From the IMG/VR virus record IMGVR_UViG_2850943043_000004, positions 1 through 64,000 of that record: a stretch of 64,000 nt of DNA. One strand, 5' to 3'. The notes under the pieces are model-generated. The model did not search any database, was not told the DNA's origin, and saw only the letters and a program-made list of their open reading frames with translations. Shown here in pieces: positions 14,885 through 27,212 of the stretch; position 1 is the stretch's first letter, and each line of letters opens with the position of its first letter. Origin of the DNA: an uncultured virus (IMG/VR IMGVR_UViG_2850943043_000004) (lineage: Duplodnaviria; Heunggongvirae; Uroviricota; Caudoviricetes). A program made the translations under genes and the position numbers.

Positions 14885-15016
14885 ATAAAAAGACCAGGGT
14901 GCTACCAACACCCCGGATCTGTACAAAAAGCTGCCCATCAAAGGGCTTGCTCGATGTTCAATCTACGTAGACCTATCCCTTTAAGGTTCTGAGGCTCAAG
15001 GGAGGTCTATTTTTTA
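14885..15016 (+). ncRNA. Antisense antitoxin sRNA (SR4/SR5-like) of type I TA
   Basis: Starts aaaagaccagggtgctaccaacaccc; terminator tagacctatccctt...aagggaggtcta-T6 overlaps toxin 3' end. Confidence 0.7.
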
Positions 15017-15090
15017 TTTATATACGTCAACAGGGCAATTATAAACGACCCGAACGCAAGCATCAGCATTAATGCCTGAAATGTTGACAT
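15007..15090 (-). CDS. BsrE/BsrH-family type I toxin, 27 aa
   Basis: MSTFQALMLMLAFGSFIIALLTYINKK*, SD AAAGGGGGTG; below ORF-track cutoff. Confidence 0.9.
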   Translation of the reverse strand: MSTFQALMLMLAFGSFIIALLTYINKK

Positions 15091-15250
15091 AGCATCACCC
15101 CCTTTCATTAGGGGATGAGCAAGACTCCCTTGAGTGAGCAAACTTGATGTACAGGAAATATTATACTATACATAAATACCCTTGTCGTTGAAAATTCACA
15201 ATAAATTACCAATGTGAATCATATGTTTTAAGATTAGATAGAATGTATCT

Positions 15251-16247
15251 CTAAATTCCCCATTCACCAATTGATTTTAGAACCTCTTTTGCATCCTCTA
15301 CAAAGAAAGGGTTATGAACTAAATATAACTTACCTGGATTTTCACTAAAGTATTTAGCCAATTCAACTAATGTTTGGTCGCGCATTTCTTTTGTAATCAA
15401 TTTTTCTGTATCGTAAAATTCAATCTCTCCATACCTTGCTTTATAAAAACCCACTCTATTTATGTCTAATAGGGGAGGAACTCCTGTTGCAGCGTGAACT
15501 TCTTGAGCGAGTTCATTTAATATAAAATAGCCAATTAACTGAAGGTTATCATTTTATCCAAAGAGTACTTTATTGTTGTTTTAAAATCATACAACGTCCC
15601 ATCTATCCAAATATCTGCATCTGCACCGCCTACTAATGGAGAGCTGACGCCAAAGTAGGGATTAAAATCGACTTCGCTGTTTTTTGATAGTATGCCACTG
15701 TTTATGAACTTATCTTCGAAAACATCCAAAAGGCTCATTAGGTCATTGACTATTTCATCAGAAGAATCTATGCAAGTATAAGAATCTGCATTTATCTCTC
15801 CAATGGTTCGAGATCTGTATAACTGTTCTAGTTTAGCTAACTTTACTGCTTTTTGACATAGATCTGGAGATATTTTCGATTCACTTCTGATAAAGTCCAA
15901 TATGTCGTTTATTAAGGGTATATAGAAGGCACCCTCTAGTGAATAATCCTTAGTTTTTTGACATAATTTCCTCAGTCCCTTATAAGCTTTTAAACGATCT
16001 TTTGCTTCCTCTTTATTTGTAAACTGTCCAATTCTAAACCTTGCTAAGTAATCAAAAGCAACACCAATTAAACTTGAATTGTATTGATTTTCAAGTTTAT
16101 AGGGGCATATATTGAATATTCTTTTGAAAAAGGAAGCTTACCACTCAGGGTATAGTAGTCGTCTTTTAATGGCTCTATAGAAACAAGGATATTTTTAAAT
16201 TCCTTGTCTTTTTGTTTTTTACTTCTTAGCTTGCCGGTCAATGACAT
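15251..16247 (-). CDS. Putative PD-(D/E)XK nuclease, about 330 aa (several frameshifts)
   Basis: ATG 16247 after AGGAG; GVAFDYLARF; GGADADIWIDGTLYDFKTT...LQLIGY. Confidence 0.65.
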
Positions 16248-16337
16248 TATTTCATCTCCTCAATTAACTTATCCATTTGCTAATAAGTGTATCACGTATA
16301 AAATGTCATAGTATCGATTAATTACCAACATTTACAA

Positions 16338-16389
16338 CGAACTTTTGTTCTTGTTCATCTTGAATGAAGAACGTTTGTTCTGTTAATAT
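16338..16389 (+). promoter_or_regulatory. SigA promoter with two LexA (Cheo) boxes
   Basis: cGAACttttGTTCt (16338-16351), aGAACgtttGTTCt (16368-16381); TTGAAT...TGtTAATAT. Confidence 0.85.
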
Positions 16390-16414
16390 TAGATCAATAA
16401 AGGAGTGAGTCGAT

Positions 16415-16746
16415 ATGCTTAGGGATCGAGGAACAATCAAATGGACATCAATGATGCTTCCAGAACATTTAACACAACTTAAACAAGATTTGATTGATGT
16501 ATCAAAATTGAAAAACCATCCTTAGATGACCAACAAATTGAAGAGATGGATCTTCTCGTCTCTGAGGCACTTGAATTTAATAAAGAGTTGAAATTCAAAC
16601 TCTTTAACAATGGATTCGTTGAAAATGTCAACGGAAGAGTCCATTACATTAATTTTGAACAACAAAAGCTTCACGTAAAAGACCAGAACGACAATACAGT
16701 TTATATCAACATGAATGACATCATAGGAGTTACATACAATGATTGA
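16415..16746 (+). CDS. yolD: YolD-like protein (frameshift near 16510)
   Basis: MLRDRGTIKWTSMMLPEH...; overlaps uvrX start. Confidence 0.85.
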
Positions 16747-17987
16747 TTACTCACAATTTCCACGTAAGAATATACTTTGTGTCGATATGAAATCCTTTTA
16801 TGCTTCTGTATCGGCTGTAACAATGGGACTTAATCCTTTAACATGCTATCTTGCTGTTGTAGGGAATACGGAGAGACAGGGAAGTGTAGTGTTAGCTGCA
16901 TCTCCTGCACTTAAAAAGATTTTGGAATCAAAACAGGATCGAGACTTTTTGAGATACCTGAAGATCCAAGGATACACATTGTAAATCCACAAATGAAGCT
17001 TTTCATCAGAGTTTCAACTGAAATTACAAAGCTGTTTTACAGATTTGTTCCTGAGAAATGTGTCCATACGTATTCAATTGATGAATCTTTTTTAGATGCA
17101 GGAAAAGAAGATCCTGAAGAAATGGCCAAGGCAATCCAAAGCAGCATGTGGAGAGAATTTGGTCTGATGTGTACAGTAGGCATTGGAGATAATATGTTGC
17201 TCAGTAAGCTTGCACTTGACCTGGAGAGTAAGAAAACGAAAAGTGGCATTGCACGTTGGAGATATGAAGATGTGCCAAATAAACTCTGGAAGGTTCACCC
17301 GTTGTCTAAAATGTGGGGATAGGAGGGAGGATGGAAAGAAATCTGAATCGGATTGGAATATCAACTGTAGGTCAGTTAGCTAAATTTCCTTTAGAGCTGC
17401 TTGAAAAGAAGTTCGGAATAATGGGAAACCAGTTGTATTATCATGCTCATGGAATCGATTTATCAGAAATAGGAGCTCCTTTGATGCAAGGACAGATTAG
17501 TTTTGGTAAGAGTCAGATTTTACTGAGGGATTATATAAGGAGAGAAGAGATTAAGGCTGTTCTTTTGGAAATTTGTGAGGAAGTCGCAAGAAGGGCACGT
17601 ACACACAACAAAGCTGGTCGAACAATCAGCCTGGGTATTGGATACAGTAAGGATGATCTTGGTGGTGGATTTCACCGAGCCAAAACAATAGATCTTCCCA
17701 CAAATATCACGATGGACATATATAGATGTTGCTTGATGCTGTTTGATAAGTTTTACTCGGGTAAAACAGTAAGAAGTATCTCAGTTACGTTATCAAATAT
17801 TGAGGATGATGTTAATCAACAGTTGAGTTTATTTGAAGTGGATAATGAAAAGAGAAGGAAACTTGGGTTTGTAATGGATGGGATTAGAAGTAAATACGGA
17901 TCGAAAGCGATTCTTAGAGCAGTTTCTTATACATCTGCAGGAACTGCACTTTACAGAGCTGGACTTACTGGGGGACATAAATCATAA
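16739..17987 (+). CDS. uvrX: Y-family translesion DNA polymerase UvrX (two frameshifts)
   Basis: CVDMKSFYASV, YSIDESF, WGIG motifs. Confidence 0.9.
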
Positions 17988-18028
17988 AAATAACCCCCTC
18001 AATTTGGAGGGGGGATAAGAAAAACATA

Positions 18029-18205
18029 TTAAGAAGTATGTCCTCTGCTTGCAATTTCATACGAATGACCATCAGTAAAACCAATACTGGCTGTATGTCC
18101 TCTGCGTGCTTCTTGGACATCTTTTTGAGTGTTAGTTAAATAAGTGCTTACAAATCCAATTAAAACAATGGCTAAAATAAAGACAGATGCATGCTTAAGT
18201 TTCAT
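18029..18205 (-). CDS. Phr propeptide with duplicated pheromone (RRGHT / SRGHTS)
   Basis: 58 aa, signal peptide, two RGHT repeats; overlaps rap 3' end. Confidence 0.9.
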   Translation of the reverse strand: MKLKHASVFILAIVLIGFVSTYLTNTQKDVQEARRGHTASIGFTDGHSYEIASRGHTS

Positions 18206-19334
18206 AAAGACAATCCCCTCTCTGAATTTGTTTACGGGCATAAAGCACTTTTTCATAATAAGCAACAGCCACTTTATGGTCTTCTTTTTCATTGTAATAC
18301 TTCGCTGCATCTGATGCTAAATCCTCCACGTCTGAAAGCATTGACTTTAATTCTAAATAATTTAGAATTGAATTTAATTTTTCATTGTCATTATCTACAT
18401 ATAAGGCATGAATGAATTCAAACATTTTTGCCATAATCTCATCGTTTAAATTTTTGGACAAAGACAGACCGTGTGCACACCAAGAAATTCCCTCGGAGTG
18501 ATTTCTCATTTTAAAAGTGGTTTTTGTCAACATAAGTAAGATATCTAATATGCGATTTGAATGTTCATACCCATTATCCTGATATACTCTAATGCCCTCC
18601 TTGAAGTACTCAGATGCCTTTTCATAAGCTTCCTCAGCAAAGGAACATAAGCCGAGATTGTAAAGAGATGATCCGATTAATCGTGACATATCGATTTCTC
18701 TTGCTTTATCTAGAGCATCTTTAAAATGAGGGATCGCTTTTTCAGGGTAGTCCATATCCAAATAGTTCAGTCCGATAACAAATGAGCATTGAATAACTCT
18801 TACAGTGTAGTTTTCATGTGCTTTATAACTATCGATTGCTTGAACAATGTGGTGCATCGACATATGTGTTTGCTTCATATGATAATAAATTTCTGCAACT
18901 TTATAGTGGAATTCAGCTCTTTCAATTTCATCTGCAACAAGTGATAATTTTCTCTCGGCTTGCTTATAGAAGCTTATGGCATTAAGATATTCGTATTGTT
19001 CAAATTCATACATTCCCCGGAAAAAGTTAAAATAATATTCAAGAATCCCTTTCAAATCAGTTTGACTACTTTCGATCTTTTCTAATAAGTCTGAAATTTT
19101 AGGTCGTTCTTCGTTCAATGTTTTTGGTTCAAGGTAGTCCAGCATCAGCTGATGGCGAAAACACATGAGAGAATAGTACAGCAATAAATCTTGATCTTCT
19201 TTCATATGCCTTATTTCTTCCTCGACCTCAGCTTTCAATATTTCCGAATCTGGGACACTAAATAATCTTATGTATTTATACCACTCATTTATTTTCACTC
19301 CAACTTTAGAAGAAGAGATCATCTGCTCCAACAC
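18195..19334 (-). CDS. Rap-family TPR response-regulator inhibitor
   Basis: KVGVKINEWY, DQDLLLYYSLMCFRHQLMLDY, AEFHYKVAE Rap signatures. Confidence 0.95.
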   Translation of the reverse strand: MLEQMISSSKVGVKINEWYKYIRLFSVPDSEILKAEVEEEIRHMKEDQDLLLYYSLMCFRHQLMLDYLEPKTLNEERPKISDLLEKIESSQTDLKGILEYYFNFFRGMYEFEQYEYLNAISFYKQAERKLSLVADEIERAEFHYKVAEIYYHMKQTHMSMHHIVQAIDSYKAHENYTVRVIQCSFVIGLNYLDMDYPEKAIPHFKDALDKAREIDMSRLIGSSLYNLGLCSFAEEAYEKASEYFKEGIRVYQDNGYEHSNRILDILLMLTKTTFKMRNHSEGISWCAHGLSLSKNLNDEIMAKMFEFIHALYVDNDNEKLNSILNYLELKSMLSDVEDLASDAAKYYNEKEDHKVAVAYYEKVLYARKQIQRGDCLYET

Positions 19335-19457
19335 AAGCCCTCCTATATTAAATATCTAAATATGTAATATTTTATCATATTTAAATGAATAAGGAAGATT
19401 AATGTTATCTTAAATAACGAAAAAATACCCTCCTCGATTAAGAGAAGGGTAGGGGTT

Positions 19458-19709
19458 TTATCTCGGTGAATCATAATCCATTGCTTGTTCACTATCAGAA
19501 ATACCTTGAGTTGTTGGGTCAACAATGATACCCATTGCAGTTAAAAATGTTAGTAGTGCATTAAATTTCTCTGTCAAATTGTCACCAAATACAGTTAAGT
19601 CATACCCAAAAGCAGAGGCAATTGCTTGTACAAATAACAGCGTTGCAGAGAAAATTGCAACAAGAAATGTCTTCTTTTTCAGTCTTACTTTCCAGTTGAT
19701 TTTAGTCAT
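19458..19709 (-). CDS. Phage holin (phiLC3 type)
   Basis: INWKVRLKKK...GIIVDPTTQGISDS, two TM segments. Confidence 0.9.
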   Translation of the reverse strand: MTKINWKVRLKKKTFLVAIFSATLLFVQAIASAFGYDLTVFGDNLTEKFNALLTFLTAMGIIVDPTTQGISDSEQAMDYDSPR

Positions 19710-19729
19710 TTAATCGTCTCCTGTTGATT

Positions 19730-20122
19730 TTATTTAAGGCCAAAATGTATGAGCAACCATGCACCGACAATAGTTGCAATCACACTTGGTAGCACCTTGA
19801 ATACAAGGTCTTTAGTAAACTGTGAGGGATCAATTTTACGAGTAGAATCAGAGCGTTCCAATATTTCAACTCGATTGTCCAGTTTTTCATATGATTTGCT
19901 TAGATTTTTTAAACTGTTACTCATTTCGTTAAGAGTACTGAACTGTTCTCTTGATTGTGCTTGAGAGTCTTTGTTAATTTCGACTTGTTGCTCAACAAGT
20001 GTAGCTATACGACCGATAACATTTGTTCTTTCTTCAAGAGAGTCAATCTTGTTATTAGTGTGTTTTGCTTTTTCTTCTAGTGCACTTAATCTTGAAATGG
20101 TGCTTTGCTCAAAATTATCCAT
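19730..20122 (-). CDS. Coiled-coil protein with C-terminal TM, lysis accessory
   Basis: Between endolysin and holin; heptad pattern plus terminal hydrophobic helix. Confidence 0.6.
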   Translation of the reverse strand: MDNFEQSTISRLSALEEKAKHTNNKIDSLEERTNVIGRIATLVEQQVEINKDSQAQSREQFSTLNEMSNSLKNLSKSYEKLDNRVEILERSDSTRKIDPSQFTKDLVFKVLPSVIATIVGAWLLIHFGLK

Positions 20123-20237
20123 TTGTCACCAACCTTTAATAAATATAGAAAGGTGACATTACATCACCTCCTAAAATTAAGAGGATAGTCAATGATACAT
20201 TAGATCAATAAATATCCTCCGAGATAATTGAATATAA

Positions 20238-21303
20238 TTAGATTTTTGAACCGAACTGTCCTGAGATGTATCCGCGTTTACCGTTATAAATAACTTCCCA
20301 GTAACCTTTGGAATTGTTTTTACCTTTAACTGAACCAGAAATTGAAACAGTGCTTCCAAGCTTGACTGTGCCAATATTTTTGAACTATTTCGATCAGGTT
20401 TGTCCATTACGATTGCTGCGCTTGATACACCGACAATTTTGATTTTTCCCACGGATTTAATAGATGAGGAGCTTGAAGAAGTTGATGTTGTTTTTGGGGT
20501 AGGAGAAGAGGCTTTAACTGATCCTGTAACATCAACATATTTGTCAGAAGCAGTGATGTAATATGTAGCGCCTTTAGAGTTCTTAACTTTGTATTGATAC
20601 GCAGATCCGACTTTAACTTTCTCAACAACTGTAGGAAATCCAATACCTTTATTTACTGTGCCGACAACATTTTATCTTCCCATGATGGTTTTGAGTAGAA
20701 ACGAAGACCGTCAACTTTTGATTTAAGGGAACCACTTGCTGCTGATGAAGAGGAAGGAGAGGATGTTGTTGGTTTAGTTGATGTTTTAGTTGGAGTAGTT
20801 GATTTGCCACCGAGAGATTTTAATTCAGCGGCAATTGCAGCTTTAACTTCATTCCAACGACCTTCATCTAAAACACGGTGAGGACAATACTTGCCAGACC
20901 ACTCTTGGTGCTTCTTAACTCGCTCAACTCCCCAGCCACGTTCTTTGAGTAATTGTGCAATGAACTTGATTGCCAGTGCTTCTGCTTTTCTATAACGTTC
21001 TCCACCTGATTTAGAGTAACAAACTTCCACACCAATTGACTTGCGGTTTCCAGTTCCGTATTCACCGTCACCACAATGAAAAGCACTTCGGTTTGTTGGA
21101 AGTCCTTGAACCACCTCTTTGTCGTCTACAGCAAAGTGATATGATACCGTTTCATTGTTATTTCTCATATAACTGATCTCATTATTTGCGCTTGCGTCGT
21201 TTGCCGTATTGTGGAAAGTAATATACTCGGCTGTCATAGCATAGCGACCTTTGATTGGGTATTTGCCAGGGGATACTAACATTTGTCTCGCTTGAATTGT
21301 CAT
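20238..21303 (-). CDS. blyA: Endolysin, Amidase_2 with C-terminal SH3-like cell-wall-binding domains (frameshifts)
   Basis: ITFHNTAN, SYHFAVDD, HQEWSGKYCP; S/T/P-rich linkers; ends GYISGQFGSKI*. Confidence 0.8.
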
Positions 21304-21481
21304 AAAAACATCTCTCCTAATAAGTAAATTTGAACACAAAAAAGAGAGAAGGGGGCAAAACCCAATCTCTCTTTATCTCACGTATGCTCTTGTTATCTCT
21401 GTTTTTCAAGTATGTATTTTGAATAAAATCTATATTTTATCTAGAACATAACCACCTCCTAAAAGAAATACATAAAATTTA

Positions 21482-23714
21482 TTATGCTTTCTTAAGAGCG
21501 GCTATTTCTTTTGCTTGCTCTTCAACTTTTGCTGAAAGTTCTTGTACAGCCTTGATTAGAGGAGCAATAAATTCTGTATAACCAATTGACATTACATCTT
21601 CGCCACCAGAAAGTTCATGGTGTTGGAAACCACCAAAATCGATACCTTCAGCTTCAATTACCTTTTGAATTTCTTGGGCGATAACACCGTGATGATATCT
21701 ATTTTTCTTTTTAGAGCCGTCTCGTTCATGGGTGATTACTGTACCATCTTCTTTAATTTCAACATACTCATCACGTATGTCCCATTTATAATCTACAGGT
21801 CTGACTTTATTTATGAAATCTAAGCCTAGAACTGTGTCCCGAATGTCAGCTTTATCGCGGAAGTCAGATCTATTTTGGAGTGCATTAAACGAGTATGGAG
21901 TAGAGTTTCCATCACCAAGTTGAATCTGGTTGCTTCCAGAAACCCTTGAATTGAAACCAACGCCGGTAGAGTTGCTTATATCTTTCATTTCATCTCCACC
22001 AGTTGTAAATCTTAATGCACCATATCCTAATGCAGTGTTTTGATTTCCTGTAGTGTTATTTTAAGAGCCATGTAGCCAAGTGCAGTGTTATAATCGCCTT
22101 TGTTGTTTTCGAGTGAAAGACCACCGATAGCAGTGTTAAAACTACCTTTTTTCATTTTCCATGCAGCCTTTACACCAATAGCTGTATTATCATAATTAAC
22201 TGCCATTGGTGTAGTGTCGGAGTACTCTGTGATTTTACTGCGCCTGATTCATCTCCGATAATATCTGTAGAGACAGTGAAACCAGAGGATGTCGAATTAG
22301 CGACAGTAAAGTAAATAGCTTCCCGTCCACCTACTGACATTAAAACTTTATACCCATTTTGGAAAGGATGATTCCCCATGGAGACTTGAATATTATTGTC
22401 TTTCCATACGTAAGTTCCAGTAGTCGTGTAATACTCTGACACTTGAGCCATACCAGAGATTTCATTCTGGGCGGTCTGTGTAGTGCTTACTGTGAAGGTA
22501 TCCACAGTGATGCTCTTAACCGTAGTAGAAAACTTCTCTCCACCATCTAATGCTAAAGACAAGTTTTGGCCAACAATAAAGGTGTGACCAATATGAGTAA
22601 GGGTGATGTCTTGACCTATCCAAGTGTATCCTGCTTGAATACTAGGGAAGAATCTTTGCTTTCCTTCGAATGAGACATCAGAATCGAGTTGACTCATAGC
22701 ATAGTAACCCATTGCAACGTTCCGCTGACTATTTTTAATTTCCCGTCCAGCGTTTACTCCCACTCCCACATTGCCAATTCCATTTGACCAATAAAGGGAG
22801 TTAGTTCCGACTGCAACTTGGTATCCGGCAGTTTGAGGGGAATTATTTATAATTGTTTTACTGTCCAGGTTTAATGGGGCATACCCAGACATAGCAGCAG
22901 CCCCTAAAGCAGTGTTCCAAAGACTCTTTTCATTTGTCTGTAAAGCGTTTCTACCCATAGCGACGTTAGAATACCCGTCTTTGTTAAAGCGCATAGAATT
23001 ATCGCCCACAGATGTATTCCGAGTCCCTTTGAAAGCATCTCCTTGTACCCCGGTAACATAATATTGACTTTGTAAACCAATGGCCAAGTTATAAACGCCA
23101 TATTTATTATTAAATAGTGCTCCGGCTCCTATTGCTGTAGTGTTTTTAGTGTATTCACTTGCATTTGAAAGTGCATTTTCACCGATAGCGATAATATTAT
23201 GACCTGCAATACCTTTATATTGATCTCCTGGTCGGAAGTTTTTAGCAGCATTGTTCCCGATGATGATATTTGAATTTCCTGTTTGAAACGATGATACATA
23301 TCCAGAGAAATATTTATTTCCGTCAATGATAAAGTAACCGTTCAAGTATTTATTTTTATTCGGAAAGCTATTAACGACATATGTTTTACCTGCTAAATCA
23401 AACACTTTATCTTGGTAAGTCGATTCAATGGAAGAAAACACACTAGAGTCATCAGTTGTCCCATCGCCTTTGGCTCCTAACCAGGAAATATTGATTCCTC
23501 TATAATTAAATTCATTAATAATCTTTTCAGACAGTGTGTTTCCTGTGGCTTTAATAGCGTCTATATCGCCAATTTTATTAAATTTCTGACTGATGTCATC
23601 TGCAGTAAACCTATTATTCTCTGATTTTAAAGCTACAGCGTCAATAGGTACCCATTGTTTGGTTTCTTCATCATAATAGCCCATTGTATTTATTGGAATT
23701 AGATTGTCACTCAA
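21482..23714 (-). CDS. Tail fibre/spike with Peptidase_S74 intramolecular chaperone (frameshifts); yomE position
   Basis: GAKGDGTTDD, repeated NTAxG units, SDFRDKADI...GVIAQE C-terminal chaperone. Confidence 0.85.
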
Positions 23715-23726
23715 TAATATTCCTCC

Positions 23727-24545
23727 TTATCCTTTCCTTATCCAAACCATGCTACCGTCAGGTGCATCTTTAGAAGGTTTTACTCTTTTTTTGCTAGGCG
23801 GGCTATTTGTCCTCAGCCACACTGTTCGAATATTGTAAGGTTCAATATAACTTGAAACAACGTTATAACCATCGAATTGGTCTGAAATGCTAATATTAAT
23901 CCAGTCAAAACCATCCCAGCGATATTCAATACCTGTATCTCGAACAGTAACAACCCACCCAATTTGAGGATTTGGGTAAGTATCCATTAAATCTTGATAT
24001 GTATAAACCATCGGCAAATATATTTTTCTAGTGTTCTCAACTACATACTCGTAATCAGAAGTTGCTTGTCTACACCAGTTTGTTATTTCGATGCATCGTT
24101 TTGTTACTCGTTCACATTCAGCAATTCGCTCATTCATCCGAATTATTGTGTCTTCAGCATCATCGATAAGTCCTTGTAGAGTCTCAATAACCATATTGCC
24201 TTGGCGTTTAATCCAAATTCGAGAGGCAGGGAAGAAGGAAGCTCCTTCACCACTATAATTAAAGGTTAGCGATTTCCCTTCATTTGAAGCATTAAAAAAG
24301 ACAACTCCCATAAGGTAGTCAACCTTAAAATAATTGTCTTCTAGTTCACCATCTTCAATTTCTCGCCATTCCTTCTTATCTCCAATAACTTCTACACGAA
24401 ACTCTCTGTTAGGAATCTCAGTTAGGAGTGCTCTTCCGTTGTATACAGTTAATGTCTCGCTATAAGTTAGATACGGGTCTTCAACAGAACCTATTCTCTT
24501 TTTACTTAAAATTGGGTCATTATATAATTCAGCAAAATCAGCCAG
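23727..24545 (-). CDS. yomF: Tail/baseplate protein YomF (probable CTG start)
   Basis: Synteny; SD GGAGGTG 6 nt before CTG 24545. Confidence 0.7.
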   Translation of the reverse strand: MADFAELYNDPILSKKRIGSVEDPYLTYSETLTVYNGRALLTEIPNREFRVEVIGDKKEWREIEDGELEDNYFKVDYLMGVVFFNASNEGKSLTFNYSGEGASFFPASRIWIKRQGNMVIETLQGLIDDAEDTIIRMNERIAECERVTKRCIEITNWCRQATSDYEYVVENTRKIYLPMVYTYQDLMDTYPNPQIGWVVTVRDTGIEYRWDGFDWINISISDQFDGYNVVSSYIEPYNIRTVWLRTNSPPSKKRVKPSKDAPDGSMVWIRKG

Positions 24546-24559
24546 TTTAATCACCTCCG

Positions 24560-27200
24560 TTAATTTTGTTGGTAAGCTTCCCAGATATATTTAACGTTTA
24601 ATTTATTTCCTCTGCAGTTACTATCTGAGCCTGTGATAAAAAGGTTGTTTCCCAAAGCACCATAGCTTAAATCTCCTCCAATAAGGGAAAGTCCGGTTGA
24701 AGTAACTTGATAGGCATAGCCCCCAATTGACTTTCAATTACTAGTTGACTGTCTTCAGGTGAAATCGGGGTTATTCTAACTAAATCGGGGGTAAAGGCAA
24801 GCGGAATTTGTTTACTTAAAGTGCCGTCTCCTGTGTAAACACCTTTAGCAAACTTGGGAGGAACGGGGATATTTTTAGTTAATGCATAGTCAGAAGCTGC
24901 TCGTCCACCTAACATCTCTGCATTTCCATCTATTGAGCCACTAATGACCCCTGATTGATCACGTACTGGTATAGAGTTTGGTGAGGTGGTTAATGAAGCT
25001 GTAAAACCATTCAGAGAGTCTGCTGAACCAGCAGATGAAACAATCCATTCCTCTCCGTTAAACAGTTCCTGTTTATTAGTCTTTGGGTCAATCCAAATTG
25101 TTCCTGTCTCTGGATCTTCTGGCTTAGATTCCGTGGAAATTGTATAAAGACCATTAACTTTTCCACTAAGGCTTCCTTTTACTTCAATTGAAGGAGTAGG
25201 GAGGTAGGGGTTTTCAGAAGGATGATTTGACTTAACTATATCCGAAAGAAGAATTTGATTAATATCGATATCCGCATCTACTCTTCGATATGCTTGAACA
25301 CCAATTGTATAGTACATATTTGAAGGCAATCCGGTAAAAGTAGCTGTTCGCCTGTCATATTTAACATTTTGTAAATTTTCACTAGCTTGCACAGAGCCAA
25401 ATGTGTACTCCTCATTGTCATCACTACCGTGTAAGTAAACCTCAAACCCATCAATGTTGTATTTGTCTTCATTGGAATCAACATAGTTCCACTGAATGGT
25501 AATATCAACTGACCCGTTATCATTTACCTTATGGGTAATTGCCGTGCCGTCAGAAGCAATAACAGGGGGTGCTGGCTGCACTGAGATTCTGTCATTTCGA
25601 ATATTGAAGTTTTCAGTTACTTTGTCCCATTCAATCTTTCTTTTGTTTAATTCAGTACTTATTTTGTTTGTTCTGTAAACGGTCTTAATGACTTTCTCAA
25701 AATCAGATTGAACTCTTTTTCCATTTGTAACTGTGACACTAATATTTGATTGTTCAAAATCAATTGTTATTGCTGAAAGAATGGCTTTAATATCGGTATT
25801 TAAATCACTCTGTTGAACTCCTACTATGTCTCCCAAACTGAACCTATCCCAGTTATGTTTTTCACTAATACAGTTAAAAAAGTTTACAATATCGAGTGTT
25901 ACATTCACTGGCGGTGTATTACGACTTTCGAGTTCTTCGTTGGCATCATCATAAAGTTCATTCTCATCATAGATGCTGTCATTTGACCACTCAGTTGTCG
26001 AAATGAAACGTGAGAGCAGTTTTTGCTGATTTTCACTAAAATTGTTCTCAAAAGAAAGCTTTTCTTTAAGCTTAGAAATTGAAGCAGATATTTGAGAAAT
26101 TGTTGATTCAATCGTAGCAATTTGGTTTTTCTTTTCTGCAACTGCTTTCTGCTTTACGGCAAGTTGAGCTTTTAGTTGACTTGTGTCATCTCCAGCTTTC
26201 TTCGCAACTTCAATTCGATCTAATAACTTTTGGACTTCTAGATCAAGTGTGTAAAGCTCATTATTCAATTCGGTTAAACCAGTTTCAGCTTCGTTCTTTT
26301 GGGTGAGAAGTTTATTAAACGCATTTCCTTCGCTATTAACAAGATCATTATAATCAAGAATTGCATGACAAAGTTCATCTGGCATATAGGCACTGTGGGA
26401 AATTACATTTCGTTGTTCGTCACGTTGAAAGGGGAAGAGGAAATAAGAGAAATCATCAATGTACGATTGACCAGTCGGGTTCACTGAATTAATACTTATG
26501 CCATCTTTTCCAGTAGCATACAGTCTTGTTACCAATTCGTCTGCATCATCAGAATCGTCCATGCTAATCATATATTGCCGAGGGTTCAGTTTGAGGCCTT
26601 TGTATTTCGAAATGTCTGATTCTTTATAAAAGCTTACAGTTTCTTTTAATGTATCAAAGACTGGAACTGCATCGAACTTCTCGCAGATTGAATATAAAAA
26701 ATCAAGCTTGTTAGTTGATGATACATCAAACTGTCTTCGTTTTACGTTAAAGAGAGTATCTATGTATCCAACCGTCCAACTGGTATTCTTTAAACAGTCT
26801 GTAACTACTTCCTGCAGATTTTTAGATGTCTCCTCATATTTAAGAACGCTTATTCTGCTCAATTCATGTTGAAGAGATCTACACTCAACTTGTACAGTAT
26901 CCATTTCACTGCTGAAAGACTTGGTTCTTTTTGTGATAATAAACCAAATCGCAAGCCCATAGAACTCAGTTTTAATTAGGTACCAGGGTTTTAGTAAATC
27001 TACAACATGATTTCTTTTAATGACCCATCATAGGTGGCTTTAAGCGGAATAGAAAAGGAGAGTTCGTGAACGCTGCTTCCATGATTTAAAGTTACAGTTG
27101 GATTCAGAACTTCATCAATGTTGGCTATTTTAGTCTTGTCTGGCTTAGCAAGGGATAAGCGTATGTTTTTTATTTCTGTATCCTTGCGAATAGTTATCAA
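24560..27200 (-). CDS. yomG: Tail spike/Tal-like prophage tail protein with FN3 domain (frameshifts)
   Basis: Follows distal tail gene; [12 protein letters not shown], coiled coil, FN3-like [17 protein letters not shown]. Confidence 0.8.
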
Positions 27201-27212
27201 TTTTTCACCTTC

